Shown here piece by piece: positions 18,092-25,964 of a DNA stretch of 64,000 bases (the first letter of the stretch is position 1; each line of letters begins with the position of its first letter). Position numbers and translations under genes: made by a program. This DNA is from a virus: positions 1 through 64,000 of the IMG/VR virus record IMGVR_UViG_3300029787_000010. One strand, 5' to 3'. The notes under the pieces are model-generated. The model was given only the letters and a program-made list of their open reading frames with translations. It was not told the origin of the DNA and made no database searches.

Positions 18092-18865
18092 GAACATGCG
18101 GTTGATGGCTCGCTCTCTTTGAGCCAGCCTATTCTGTAAGGCATCGTAGCCCCTTCCACTGTGGAAATCGTGATATGAATCTTCAATGGGCTCTACGAAC
18201 TTATCAAACGGCGTCCGGTCAATTCGTCTTTGAAGTAAAGACAAATCAATTTCGGGTACATCAAAGTCAACACCGGGGTGTCTGCGACCAGTCCCCCGCT
18301 TTGGTTGAAAGTGACCCGCATCGCCAAAGTCGGGGTCATGAATGAGCACAGGCTTGGGGTCCCGAGGTGAACCTATCCCCGGCTTCCTCAATTGATACCT
18401 GTTCATCAAACCACTGGCACTGTGGTGCTCCATCCAGTTCTGTGGTTTGAGGTCAGTCAAGTTCATCGCTTCAAGAAGTGGCATTTTGTCATATACGCTT
18501 TGTTGAATGATTCTTCCTCTCGCTGTGTCTTCATTCATCCCTAAAGGACTGCCGTCAATTGCTCTACCACGGGGCTGCTGCGACAAAATTGGCAGACTCA
18601 TATCCCCTAACTCTACCGGCAATGACATCCTTTGTTCAATGGGCTGCTGCCCTGCGAATAGTCCAATAGGCATTTGACTGAGTAGTTGGTTGTAGTACAT
18701 CGCATCCAACTGAGAGGGGTTTTTGTCAAGGTCGCTGACCTTCACCACATCGGGGTTTCCTGTTTGACCAAACACCACTTGGTTCATCCCTGCTCCAATC
18801 TGTACTCCTTTGGCTGGCTGAAAGGCCGCCTTCAATATGGACCACGCTATATCAACCGGGTCCAT
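18068..18865 (-). CDS. Protein-kinase-like protein (Ser/Thr type) with an N-terminal AWxxLK leader
   Basis: Ordered motifs IGAGMNQVVF (Gly loop), VVKV (beta3 Lys), TDLKPQNW (catalytic loop) and LIHDPDFG. Confidence 0.72.
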   Translation of the reverse strand: MDPVDIAWSILKAAFQPAKGVQIGAGMNQVVFGQTGNPDVVKVSDLDKNPSQLDAMYYNQLLSQMPIGLFAGQQPIEQRMSLPVELGDMSLPILSQQPRGRAIDGSPLGMNEDTARGRIIQQSVYDKMPLLEAMNLTDLKPQNWMEHHSASGLMNRYQLRKPGIGSPRDPKPVLIHDPDFGDAGHFQPKRGTGRRHPGVDFDVPEIDLSLLQRRIDRTPFDKFVEPIEDSYHDFHSGRGYDALQNRLAQRERAINRMFSHIGLSG

Positions 18866-18886
18866 GTACGAGCCAAGTGCTCGTAC
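18866..18886. promoter_or_regulatory. Perfect 8-bp inverted repeat abutting the kinase start codon
   Basis: GTACGAGC-caagt-GCTCGTAC. Confidence 0.55.
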
Positions 18887-18904
18887 GAGATAACCATTTC
18901 CTAT

Positions 18905-18932
18905 TTCTCTTTAAAAAGAATCAAAACAATAG
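18905..18932 (+). promoter_or_regulatory. Promoter-like repeat, copy 3 (27/28 match to the core)
   Basis: TTCTCTTTAAAAAGAATCAAAACAATAG in a divergent intergenic region; leader hairpin ccggctc/gagccgg at 18946-18972 follows. Confidence 0.75.
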
Positions 18933-19001
18933 TCTACTGGGTTTCCCGGCTCCCCCATTCCAAATGAGCCGGACGAATTAAATACAGGATAGTGAACCAA
19001 A

Positions 19002-20555
19002 ATGAATATGCAGACCGGGACGACAGTGATTGGAAGAGTGACAGAGAGCAGAAAAGACAGGGTGTTTATGGACTACCCGTCCAATGCTGGGGTGAAGAAC
19101 CTCAACATTGAGCGACAGGACATTGAACGCTTTGAATCGTTAGACGACGGCCGAGTGGCCATCACCTTGAGTGGTGCCACAGAAGCCCAACTCTACGGCA
19201 GCAATGCCCCGCTGATTGTCACAGCACAAGACATTGCCATCGTTGAAGCGATGGAATATGGAGAACAAATACCAAACGGAGAGAACAACATGAACGAAGA
19301 ACACAACGACGAGGTGCCAAACTTTGGCACAGAAGAGCGACTGGTGATGGAAGTTGGAGCAGATGGACAGGTGTCGGTGAACGCCGCCGGTCCCTTTGAC
19401 GACTTCCTTTACGCAGGAAACAGAAAGAACAAGGCGACGGCCGACTGGGACTTCCAGCCTACTGAGAAAATGGGCTTTGTCCTGTACGAAGACGAACGAA
19501 GCGGGCAAACTTCGGCGGCGAAGATTGTGGACAACGATGGCAAGCCCATCGTGAAGCACATTTTCAACCCGAACTACGCCAACGAGAAGCGGCCCCTTGG
19601 TGCCCACCTTGGGATGTTCAGCCCGACCTACTACGCCATGCCGTATGCACGGGGCTTCCGTCCCATCTTGGACATGTGTGCCAAAAACGGATGGCCAGCA
19701 AAGGTCTTTGCTTACAGCGAAGGTAAGAACGCTCGCCTTGATGTAGATGTCACCAGCAGTGTTGACTGGGATGCAGCCGCACAGAACAAACTTGGTAGCC
19801 GATGGCAGAACCTTGGCTTTGTGAAAGAGGGCGATTATCGTGTTGGCTTCTCCATCTACAACAGTTTGGACGGGTCCTCATCATTCAAGGTCGCCGCCAT
19901 CGCTCAGCGACTGGAGTGCACTAACGGCATGGTTGTTGGCAAATCACAAACCCTGCTCAAGTTGCGACACACCAAGGGCGTTATGGAGAATTACGACTTC
20001 AACTCACTCGCTGACAAACTTGAACAAGTCATGATGTCAGCCGCTGAGGAACTGATTGAGGTTGAAGCCATGCGCAACATCACCGTCAGCGACGAAGCCT
20101 TTGAGCGACTGATGACGCTGAGTGAGAAAGCCGGCCTCATTACCAAGCCGACTGTTCACCGTGATGACAAGGGAGAAATCACCCACCTTAGCCGTGGCCA
20201 CATGTGGCGAGTCATGGGACAAGGGTGGACCAACCCTGCCAACACATGGGTCCGTGTCCAAGGTGATGACCAACACACCCTCTACCATGTCTACAACATC
20301 CTTACCGGAGCGGTGACTCACAAGCCAATCTACCAAGACAACGAGCACTACCGCAACAAACCACTGGAAGGTAAGACCCTCGGCTTCAACGCCATGGACA
20401 AGAAACTCACTGATACACACACCATGCTCCGCAAGGTCAGCGACAGTGTTATCACTGCAATCGGCGGCGACCCCAATGCGCTGCTTGACCAGTCCGAGTC
20501 AGTCCTTGAGGACCAACTCGCCTCAGTGCCACTCTTCTCGGAGGTAATCTACTGA
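19002..20555 (+). CDS. DUF932-family protein
   Basis: IYNSLDGSSSFKV....RLECTNGMV....LRHTK motif and the TLYHVYNILT..VTH tail typical of DUF932. Confidence 0.8.
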   Translation: MNMQTGTTVIGRVTESRKDRVFMDYPSNAGVKNLNIERQDIERFESLDDGRVAITLSGATEAQLYGSNAPLIVTAQDIAIVEAMEYGEQIPNGENNMNEEHNDEVPNFGTEERLVMEVGADGQVSVNAAGPFDDFLYAGNRKNKATADWDFQPTEKMGFVLYEDERSGQTSAAKIVDNDGKPIVKHIFNPNYANEKRPLGAHLGMFSPTYYAMPYARGFRPILDMCAKNGWPAKVFAYSEGKNARLDVDVTSSVDWDAAAQNKLGSRWQNLGFVKEGDYRVGFSIYNSLDGSSSFKVAAIAQRLECTNGMVVGKSQTLLKLRHTKGVMENYDFNSLADKLEQVMMSAAEELIEVEAMRNITVSDEAFERLMTLSEKAGLITKPTVHRDDKGEITHLSRGHMWRVMGQGWTNPANTWVRVQGDDQHTLYHVYNILTGAVTHKPIYQDNEHYRNKPLEGKTLGFNAMDKKLTDTHTMLRKVSDSVITAIGGDPNALLDQSESVLEDQLASVPLFSEVIY

Positions 20556-20848
20556 TGACAGACGAACGACGAATGACAGCAGAATCAATTGACGATGATG
20601 GCAACTTCAACTACGATGGGAAGCGGTGGAGCCTACTGGGCTCCTCGCTTCCTATCCCCGCCGACGCTTCGTTGTCGGGAGAGTTGGAGCATGAAGAGGT
20701 GCTGGCAGTGGTGAACACCGAAATATCAAAGTGCCCCGTATGTGGCACCGAAGACTGCGCCACTGCGGTCATCATGACTGAGCGTTATCGCATGGTACCG
20801 ACTCGCTGTTGCAGGAAAATCGTATGGTACACGGAGGAATCAAAATGA
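20555..20848 (+). CDS. Zn-binding protein (97 aa)
   Basis: CPVC...RCC. Confidence 0.75.
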   Translation: MTDERRMTAESIDDDGNFNYDGKRWSLLGSSLPIPADASLSGELEHEEVLAVVNTEISKCPVCGTEDCATAVIMTERYRMVPTRCCRKIVWYTEESK

Positions 20849-21537
20849 CGATGGAAGAAGAAATTGGAGCGATACTTGACAGACTACAACCCCACCAAGT
20901 GTGGGACTTGACCGGGCAGGGCCTTGTCTACATGAAGGGGGAGGGTGAGATGCTGACGCTGATTGCCACCTTCAACACCATGGACGCTGCCAAGGTGCAC
21001 GGCGTAGTCAAGGGCGAAGCACTCAAGCGTGGATGGATGGTCAATGACGAGTCTCCCCGTGTCATCCAATCACAGGATGAACAGATGGAGTTCTCGCTTG
21101 ACCTTAAGCGTCAACAGATTGGACAGATGGTTTGTCCCGATGAAGACTGTGACCTACCCATTGCTGCCTATGATTTCCAAAACGCCAACTGGCGGTTCCT
21201 TGGTGACAAGGTAGTGGAGCAGGACGGCGAGGAGTTGTCTTACGAGGACTGGGGTGTTGAGGCATGTTGTCCTGTTTGTGACAATACCATCCTCATGCCA
21301 CCACGGGACTTTGAACTCGTGGTCGGTACTGACGCACTGGAGACTTTCCGAGGGCAGAAGCAGACTTACAGAGTTATGCATCCATCGGAAATCACTGAGC
21401 ACATTGACAAAGGGCATCTGTTCAACAATCATGGCTTGGTCATTCTCGGTACGATTTGCCCAGTGAGTGGCGAGCGACTACCCATTCACCTGCGAGGTAG
21501 AGTGGCTGCCTCATTCAACAACGAAGAAGAGGAATGA
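20845..21537 (+). CDS. Zn-binding hypothetical protein (230 aa)
   Basis: CPDEDC, CPVC, CP; start at ATG 20845. Confidence 0.8.
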   Translation: MTMEEEIGAILDRLQPHQVWDLTGQGLVYMKGEGEMLTLIATFNTMDAAKVHGVVKGEALKRGWMVNDESPRVIQSQDEQMEFSLDLKRQQIGQMVCPDEDCDLPIAAYDFQNANWRFLGDKVVEQDGEELSYEDWGVEACCPVCDNTILMPPRDFELVVGTDALETFRGQKQTYRVMHPSEITEHIDKGHLFNNHGLVILGTICPVSGERLPIHLRGRVAASFNNEEEE

Positions 21538-21540
21538 AGA

Positions 21541-22155
21541 ATGACAGTTAAGCGGATTCAGCGAATGTGTCAGCGGATAGGCTGCACTGAAACATGGGAT
21601 GCAAGGCCATCCGACGGGAAGCGATACTGTAGGGAGTGCATCCCTCAGTCATCCAGTGGTCCAAAATATCCTTTCCGTATGCAGAAGCAATGTGCCTGTG
21701 GTGCTAAGGAGATTAAAGAGATTCATAGTGAGCAGGAACGAGTCGCACCATTTGAGTGCAAATCATGCACCGATGCTTCTGCAAACTACAAGTGGCATGA
21801 AATGCAACTGCTTTACCTTGTCATGTTAAATGATGACTTCCCCGCCCATGAGTTCGTGAGACAAGGAGTGTTCAAGAACAAGGAAGAATACTATGCATTC
21901 CGAACTTTTACAAAAGAAGTCATGCAGATTGACTTGGATTGGACCAACACGCACCCCGGCTACAAACGAATTAAGTGGGGAAAGCCAACATGGTCATGGG
22001 GCACCCTTGCCGACAATCATGCCGTTATCAAGCGTTCACCTGTACCTGTGCCACCCGGACCAGCAATTGGTACGGTCGCACCCGACTGTACGGTCGCACC
22101 CGACTTTCTTCACAAAGTACAGTTGTATGATACAAAAAGGAGAAATGAAGAATGA
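21541..22155 (+). CDS. Double Zn-finger protein (204 aa)
   Basis: CQRIGC..CREC and CACG..CKSC. Confidence 0.75.
   Translation: MTVKRIQRMCQRIGCTETWDARPSDGKRYCRECIPQSSSGPKYPFRMQKQCACGAKEIKEIHSEQERVAPFECKSCTDASANYKWHEMQLLYLVMLNDDFPAHEFVRQGVFKNKEEYYAFRTFTKEVMQIDLDWTNTHPGYKRIKWGKPTWSWGTLADNHAVIKRSPVPVPPGPAIGTVAPDCTVAPDFLHKVQLYDTKRRNEE
22070..22105 (+). repeat. Perfect 18-bp tandem duplication (in frame)
   Basis: GTACGGTCGCACCCGACT x2. Confidence 0.95.
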
Positions 22156-22403
22156 CACAAACAATTCAGTGGAAAGCACCTTGCACAATGCGCAAATGGA
22201 AGAAGCAAGCGGAGGTGGTGATGAGTGTCGTCACCTCCGAGAAGGAGAATGTAGAGCCCACCATTGACATCCGAGTGAGGCGCACGACCGACCATCCCAG
22301 CGGCGCTGGGTGGACGAAGGAAGGCGTTCGGATGGAACTGGAGGACGCATATCAACTGGCCCAATCAATCATCCACATGGTGGACAGCCTCAAGAGTGAG
22401 TGA
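22152..22403 (+). CDS. PC4/YdbC-like ssDNA-binding protein
   Basis: IDIRV...GWTKEGVRMELED motif and size fit the PC4 fold. Confidence 0.7.
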   Translation: MTQTIQWKAPCTMRKWKKQAEVVMSVVTSEKENVEPTIDIRVRRTTDHPSGAGWTKEGVRMELEDAYQLAQSIIHMVDSLKSE

Positions 22404-23856
22404 CATGCTCTTGTCCTTGGCCACACAAGTGGCACGCACCCTTCGTAAGTTGCACTATGGCCGTGGCTCCGGCGACAGTGGGGAAGACTTTCGTCAATCC
22501 CTGTCAGCCATCACGGAACTCATGGAGGCTTGCGACGGAGACTACGAAGACATCGTGGACATTTTCTACCCACGGCATTCCAAGCACCCGCCCCGCTTCG
22601 TTACAGACGGCTGGGTCAAAGAGAATGTGTGTGCCGAGTTGGCCATCTCTCCCCTTGTGTGGGACGAGGTGTTCACCGGCAAACCCTTCGTACCGATGCT
22701 GGCCAAGGAGAGTGAGGGCAACATGCCGAGCAACATGACGGTGAAGCAAGCCCTCCGCCACATGCACCAACTGAGCGAGACGACTGTGCTGACCATGGCA
22801 CGGATGATGAGCGAGGACGAGGCCGAGTTGTTTTGGGCAAGGGTGCTGGGCGAGAACGCCCCCTACCCGATTGACCGATTCATTCAGCGTTGCTCTCACA
22901 TCGGTGAGGGTGAGGCGCTGAGCCTCAAAGCAGTGCGGCAGAAGTTGGACACGACATCAGCGCCCGAACTGTTGGTGAGGATGCTCAAGTATTCCAACAC
23001 TGAGGCTACACCCCTTGAACAGATTCAACCGGGTCAGCCGTTTCGTGCCCCACTCTACAAAGCGTGGACACAGACGACTGCTCCTCCCAGCATCTATGCT
23101 GAGGTGATTCGTCACCCCCGTCGCTATCTACACATCACTGAGTTCCCGACCGGCACCTTTGCTGGTGTCCTCTACAATCGGGACAAACGACCGGCGGGTA
23201 AGGTGCACAACCTTGACCTCCCATTGAACCAGCCTTGTGTGCTGGAAGTGGAGGTGCAGGGGAACATCATCAAGTCAATCACTGATATACTGTCACTGGA
23301 CGACGACTGGTGCGTGTACCAAAGACCGATGAGTGAACGGCTTGCTCTACTGAGTGGGCTGACTGTGAAAGGAACTGTCCGAACAGGGCAGCGAATTGAG
23401 GCAGGCTCATCCATTACGCACCTTACAAACGCACTGGAAGAAGGTGAGCGACTACGCCTCACCTACGACGGCCCATTCAACATCGGCGAGCAAGGAGGCT
23501 GGCTGGTAATGGATGGCGCTTACAACATCAACATGCTTCTCATGTCCCTCAAGAAAGACGCCGAGTATGAAACCCATGCAAGGCTCGGGGTATTGGACGG
23601 GATTGACCCGTACCAAGTTATGGAAGCACGGCTGTCAATGGAGACAGCCCAACACATTCGCACACGGCTGGCAAGGCAAGGCGTCCTTGTTGGTCCCCAC
23701 TGGCTACCTGTTGAAGAGCAGGCTGTGGTGGTGGCGGCGAAGGTCAACGATGTCCGACTGAGCACGATGACCATAACAGGAGAAATCCTGTACGCTGATG
23801 ATGAACTCGGATTCAGCGACATCAGTCAACTAACCGACATAATTGAAATGGAGTGA
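22396..23856 (+). CDS. ATP-dependent DNA ligase homolog, apparently catalytically inactive
   Basis: Ligase landmarks in order (IQPGQPF, LYNRD, VLEVE, TDIL, PMSERLALL, GGWL), but the KxDG motif reads EVIRHP. Confidence 0.65.
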   Translation: MSDMLLSLATQVARTLRKLHYGRGSGDSGEDFRQSLSAITELMEACDGDYEDIVDIFYPRHSKHPPRFVTDGWVKENVCAELAISPLVWDEVFTGKPFVPMLAKESEGNMPSNMTVKQALRHMHQLSETTVLTMARMMSEDEAELFWARVLGENAPYPIDRFIQRCSHIGEGEALSLKAVRQKLDTTSAPELLVRMLKYSNTEATPLEQIQPGQPFRAPLYKAWTQTTAPPSIYAEVIRHPRRYLHITEFPTGTFAGVLYNRDKRPAGKVHNLDLPLNQPCVLEVEVQGNIIKSITDILSLDDDWCVYQRPMSERLALLSGLTVKGTVRTGQRIEAGSSITHLTNALEEGERLRLTYDGPFNIGEQGGWLVMDGAYNINMLLMSLKKDAEYETHARLGVLDGIDPYQVMEARLSMETAQHIRTRLARQGVLVGPHWLPVEEQAVVVAAKVNDVRLSTMTITGEILYADDELGFSDISQLTDIIEME

Positions 23857-23862
23857 AGAAAA

Positions 23863-23973
23863 ATGAAGACACAGCAACAAAGAAAAGCAGGACTGAGCCG
23901 ATACCGAGCGAAGTTCAAAGCCCGAGAAGCCCGACGACGAAAAGCCCTACCGAACCAAGAGGAGGAAGAGTGA
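23863..23973 (+). CDS. Basic microprotein (36 aa)
   Basis: MKTQQQRKAGLSRYRAKFKAREARRRK...EEEE; TGATG overlap. Confidence 0.6.
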   Translation: MKTQQQRKAGLSRYRAKFKAREARRRKALPNQEEEE

Positions 23974-24230
23974 TGGCTTACCTATTGAAAGTGGATGGCA
24001 CGATTGAACAAATGGGCTGGAACCCCTCGCTTGAAGTAATTCAAAAAGCGGTGGGTGGCTACATTGAACTCATCCCAACTGGCAACCTTGGCTACATGTA
24101 CGGCAACGAAGAAGGAAAACTGTTGGGACTGCCCGTGAACAAAGCGGCGACCAGCATGATTGCATTTGATGATGTCGTCGTTGGCAATGTTGTGGTCATG
24201 GAGATTGGTGAGGAGGATGAGGATGAATGA
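23973..24230 (+). CDS. DUF3846-family protein
   Basis: LEVIQKAVGGYIE...NEEGKLLGLPVN..AT...VVGNVV; start moved to 23973. Confidence 0.85.
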   Translation: MAYLLKVDGTIEQMGWNPSLEVIQKAVGGYIELIPTGNLGYMYGNEEGKLLGLPVNKAATSMIAFDDVVVGNVVVMEIGEEDEDE

Positions 24231-24499
24231 AGCGAATTAGAATATCCATTGGACGAAACGCGTGGGCCCTGCTGGAGCCGATTGGGATTACCTATAACTT
24301 GGGTCGTGAGCAATACCAAGTTATGATGGTCAACCGCATTCCACAACTCAAGGTGGGGCATATCGTGATGGAACTTACCAATGGCTGGGTTGCTATGGAC
24401 CACCGACCGCTCCGTTATCCGTTGACCGTCCCTGTTTACCGGTTCCCGTCAAGGGCCATTGTTGAACCAGTCCCGACCCATGGAGGCGAAGAAGAATGA
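24227..24499 (+). CDS. Hypothetical protein (90 aa)
   Basis: ATGA coupling. Confidence 0.7.
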   Translation: MKRIRISIGRNAWALLEPIGITYNLGREQYQVMMVNRIPQLKVGHIVMELTNGWVAMDHRPLRYPLTVPVYRFPSRAIVEPVPTHGGEEE

Positions 24500-24657
24500 G
24501 AAAGTCAAAAAGACATGTTGAGCGAGCACAAGCGATACTCCGGAAGCGGGCCGAATTGAAGAAAGGAAGTCCACTCACTCCCAAAGAGATAGAAGAATTG
24601 GAATACAAGAAGTACCGAGGTAAAGCATCAAAGTGGGCACGAGGTGATAAGCGATGA
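24496..24657 (+). CDS. Basic microprotein (53 aa)
   Basis: MRKSKRHVERAQAILRKRAELKKG...; ATGA overlaps at both ends. Confidence 0.65.
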   Translation: MRKSKRHVERAQAILRKRAELKKGSPLTPKEIEELEYKKYRGKASKWARGDKR

Positions 24658-24935
24658 CAATTGAAGACACGATACGGATAGAAATGACGAGACTTGAGCA
24701 ACTACTGGGCCGGCTTGAAGAGTTCAAGCAAGACTACGAAAGAACCGAGGTATGTTTAGATGAGAAGCACCTGTGGTACAGTCGTGGGTTTCAATCGTTT
24801 GAGCCGCCCCTTGGGCTGGTTGAACAGAAGTTGGTATGTGGCATTTGCGGTTTGGAGAAAACGAAGAAGTACAGGTTTTGTGAAGAATCAACAATTGACC
24901 GATGGTCCGACTTGAGGGAGGATGAGGAAGAATGA
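24654..24935 (+). CDS. Hypothetical protein (93 aa), possible Zn ribbon
   Basis: C....H and CGIC. Confidence 0.7.
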   Translation: MTIEDTIRIEMTRLEQLLGRLEEFKQDYERTEVCLDEKHLWYSRGFQSFEPPLGLVEQKLVCGICGLEKTKKYRFCEESTIDRWSDLREDEEE

Positions 24936-25873
24936 TGGCTTGGCGTGAGAAGTACCGACCTACCACGATAGATGAACTGGTCGGTTGTGAAGCCTTCAAG
25001 GCTGATGCACGAGACTGGACGATTGATTCGGCTCCCCCCAACATCATGTTAGTGGGTCCACCCGGTACCGGAAAGACCACAGCAGCCCGAGCATTGGCAC
25101 GCCACTTCCTCGGTGAATACTTTGACTCATCCAACTTCGTCGTCACCAATGCCAGTGATGAACGGGGCATCGGTTATGTTCGTGATGAGTTGAAGCACAT
25201 CGTCAAACACAAGGGACTGATGGTCAGTCGCCGCATCGTGTTCTTGGATGAAGCCGAGAACCTTACCAGCGATGCACAGAAAGCCCTCCGCCAAATCATG
25301 GAGGACAGTTACAAGACTACTATTTTCATTCTCGTTGCGAACGACATCACAGGATTCCACAGTGCTATCAAAGACAGATGCACTGTTTACCGATTCAATC
25401 CACTCACACCAGCCCAAGTTGAGCAAGCCTGCACCCGCATCCATGATGGGGAGCAACTTCCCGAGGAATGGGCAATGCATTACAGGAACCTCAGTCAGAC
25501 AGAAGGGGGCAGTCTACGCTCCGTCATAGACCTCCTTCAATCACTGGCCAAGACACCGGATGCCCTCGTCCAGCGGATTCGGGGGCACAGTGAGAACCTG
25601 TCAAAAGCCGCCCTTCACTTGGCGGCGGGAGACTACTCCTCGCTCAGTGCATACTTAAGAAAGGAATTGAACACTGGGAACAACCGATTCTACATTTTAA
25701 AGGGGCTGCGTTTCCGAGCAAAAGGTCTACTTGAGGAGGGCGCTGAATGGTTCGCCTTCATGAAAACTCACGGGGACTTTACGATGATGGCCACGCAGTG
25801 GCCCGATGACGATGCATCCTTCTTTGATTACTTCGTCGCCACGCTGGCGACAAATAAGGAGAGGATGCAATGA
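24932..25873 (+). CDS. rfcS: Replication factor C small subunit (clamp loader)
   Basis: WREKYRP, GPPGTGKTT, NASDERGI, LDEAE..T.DAQ.ALR, and DRC in place of SRC. Confidence 0.93.
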   Translation: MMAWREKYRPTTIDELVGCEAFKADARDWTIDSAPPNIMLVGPPGTGKTTAARALARHFLGEYFDSSNFVVTNASDERGIGYVRDELKHIVKHKGLMVSRRIVFLDEAENLTSDAQKALRQIMEDSYKTTIFILVANDITGFHSAIKDRCTVYRFNPLTPAQVEQACTRIHDGEQLPEEWAMHYRNLSQTEGGSLRSVIDLLQSLAKTPDALVQRIRGHSENLSKAALHLAAGDYSSLSAYLRKELNTGNNRFYILKGLRFRAKGLLEEGAEWFAFMKTHGDFTMMATQWPDDDASFFDYFVATLATNKERMQ

Positions 25874-25964
25874 AAACAACCTTAGAAAAGAAAGGTTTGA
25901 TATACTCCAAGCACGACGGCGATGATGCCGCCGAGCGGCGAGATACCACAAGAGGTGAAGAAAA

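Larger units (their letters stand above)
861..21543 (+). repeat. Dispersed gene-junction repeat GAGGAATGAA(A)CATG, at least 14 exact copies plus variants
   Basis: GAGGAATGAAACATG at 1291, 1936, 2820, 8006, 8420, 12497, 13288; GAGGAATGAACATG at 3980, 4135, 4257, 6201, 12076, 12327, 16869; variants at 861, 1016, 11717, 14315, 14923, 21529. Confidence 0.92.
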
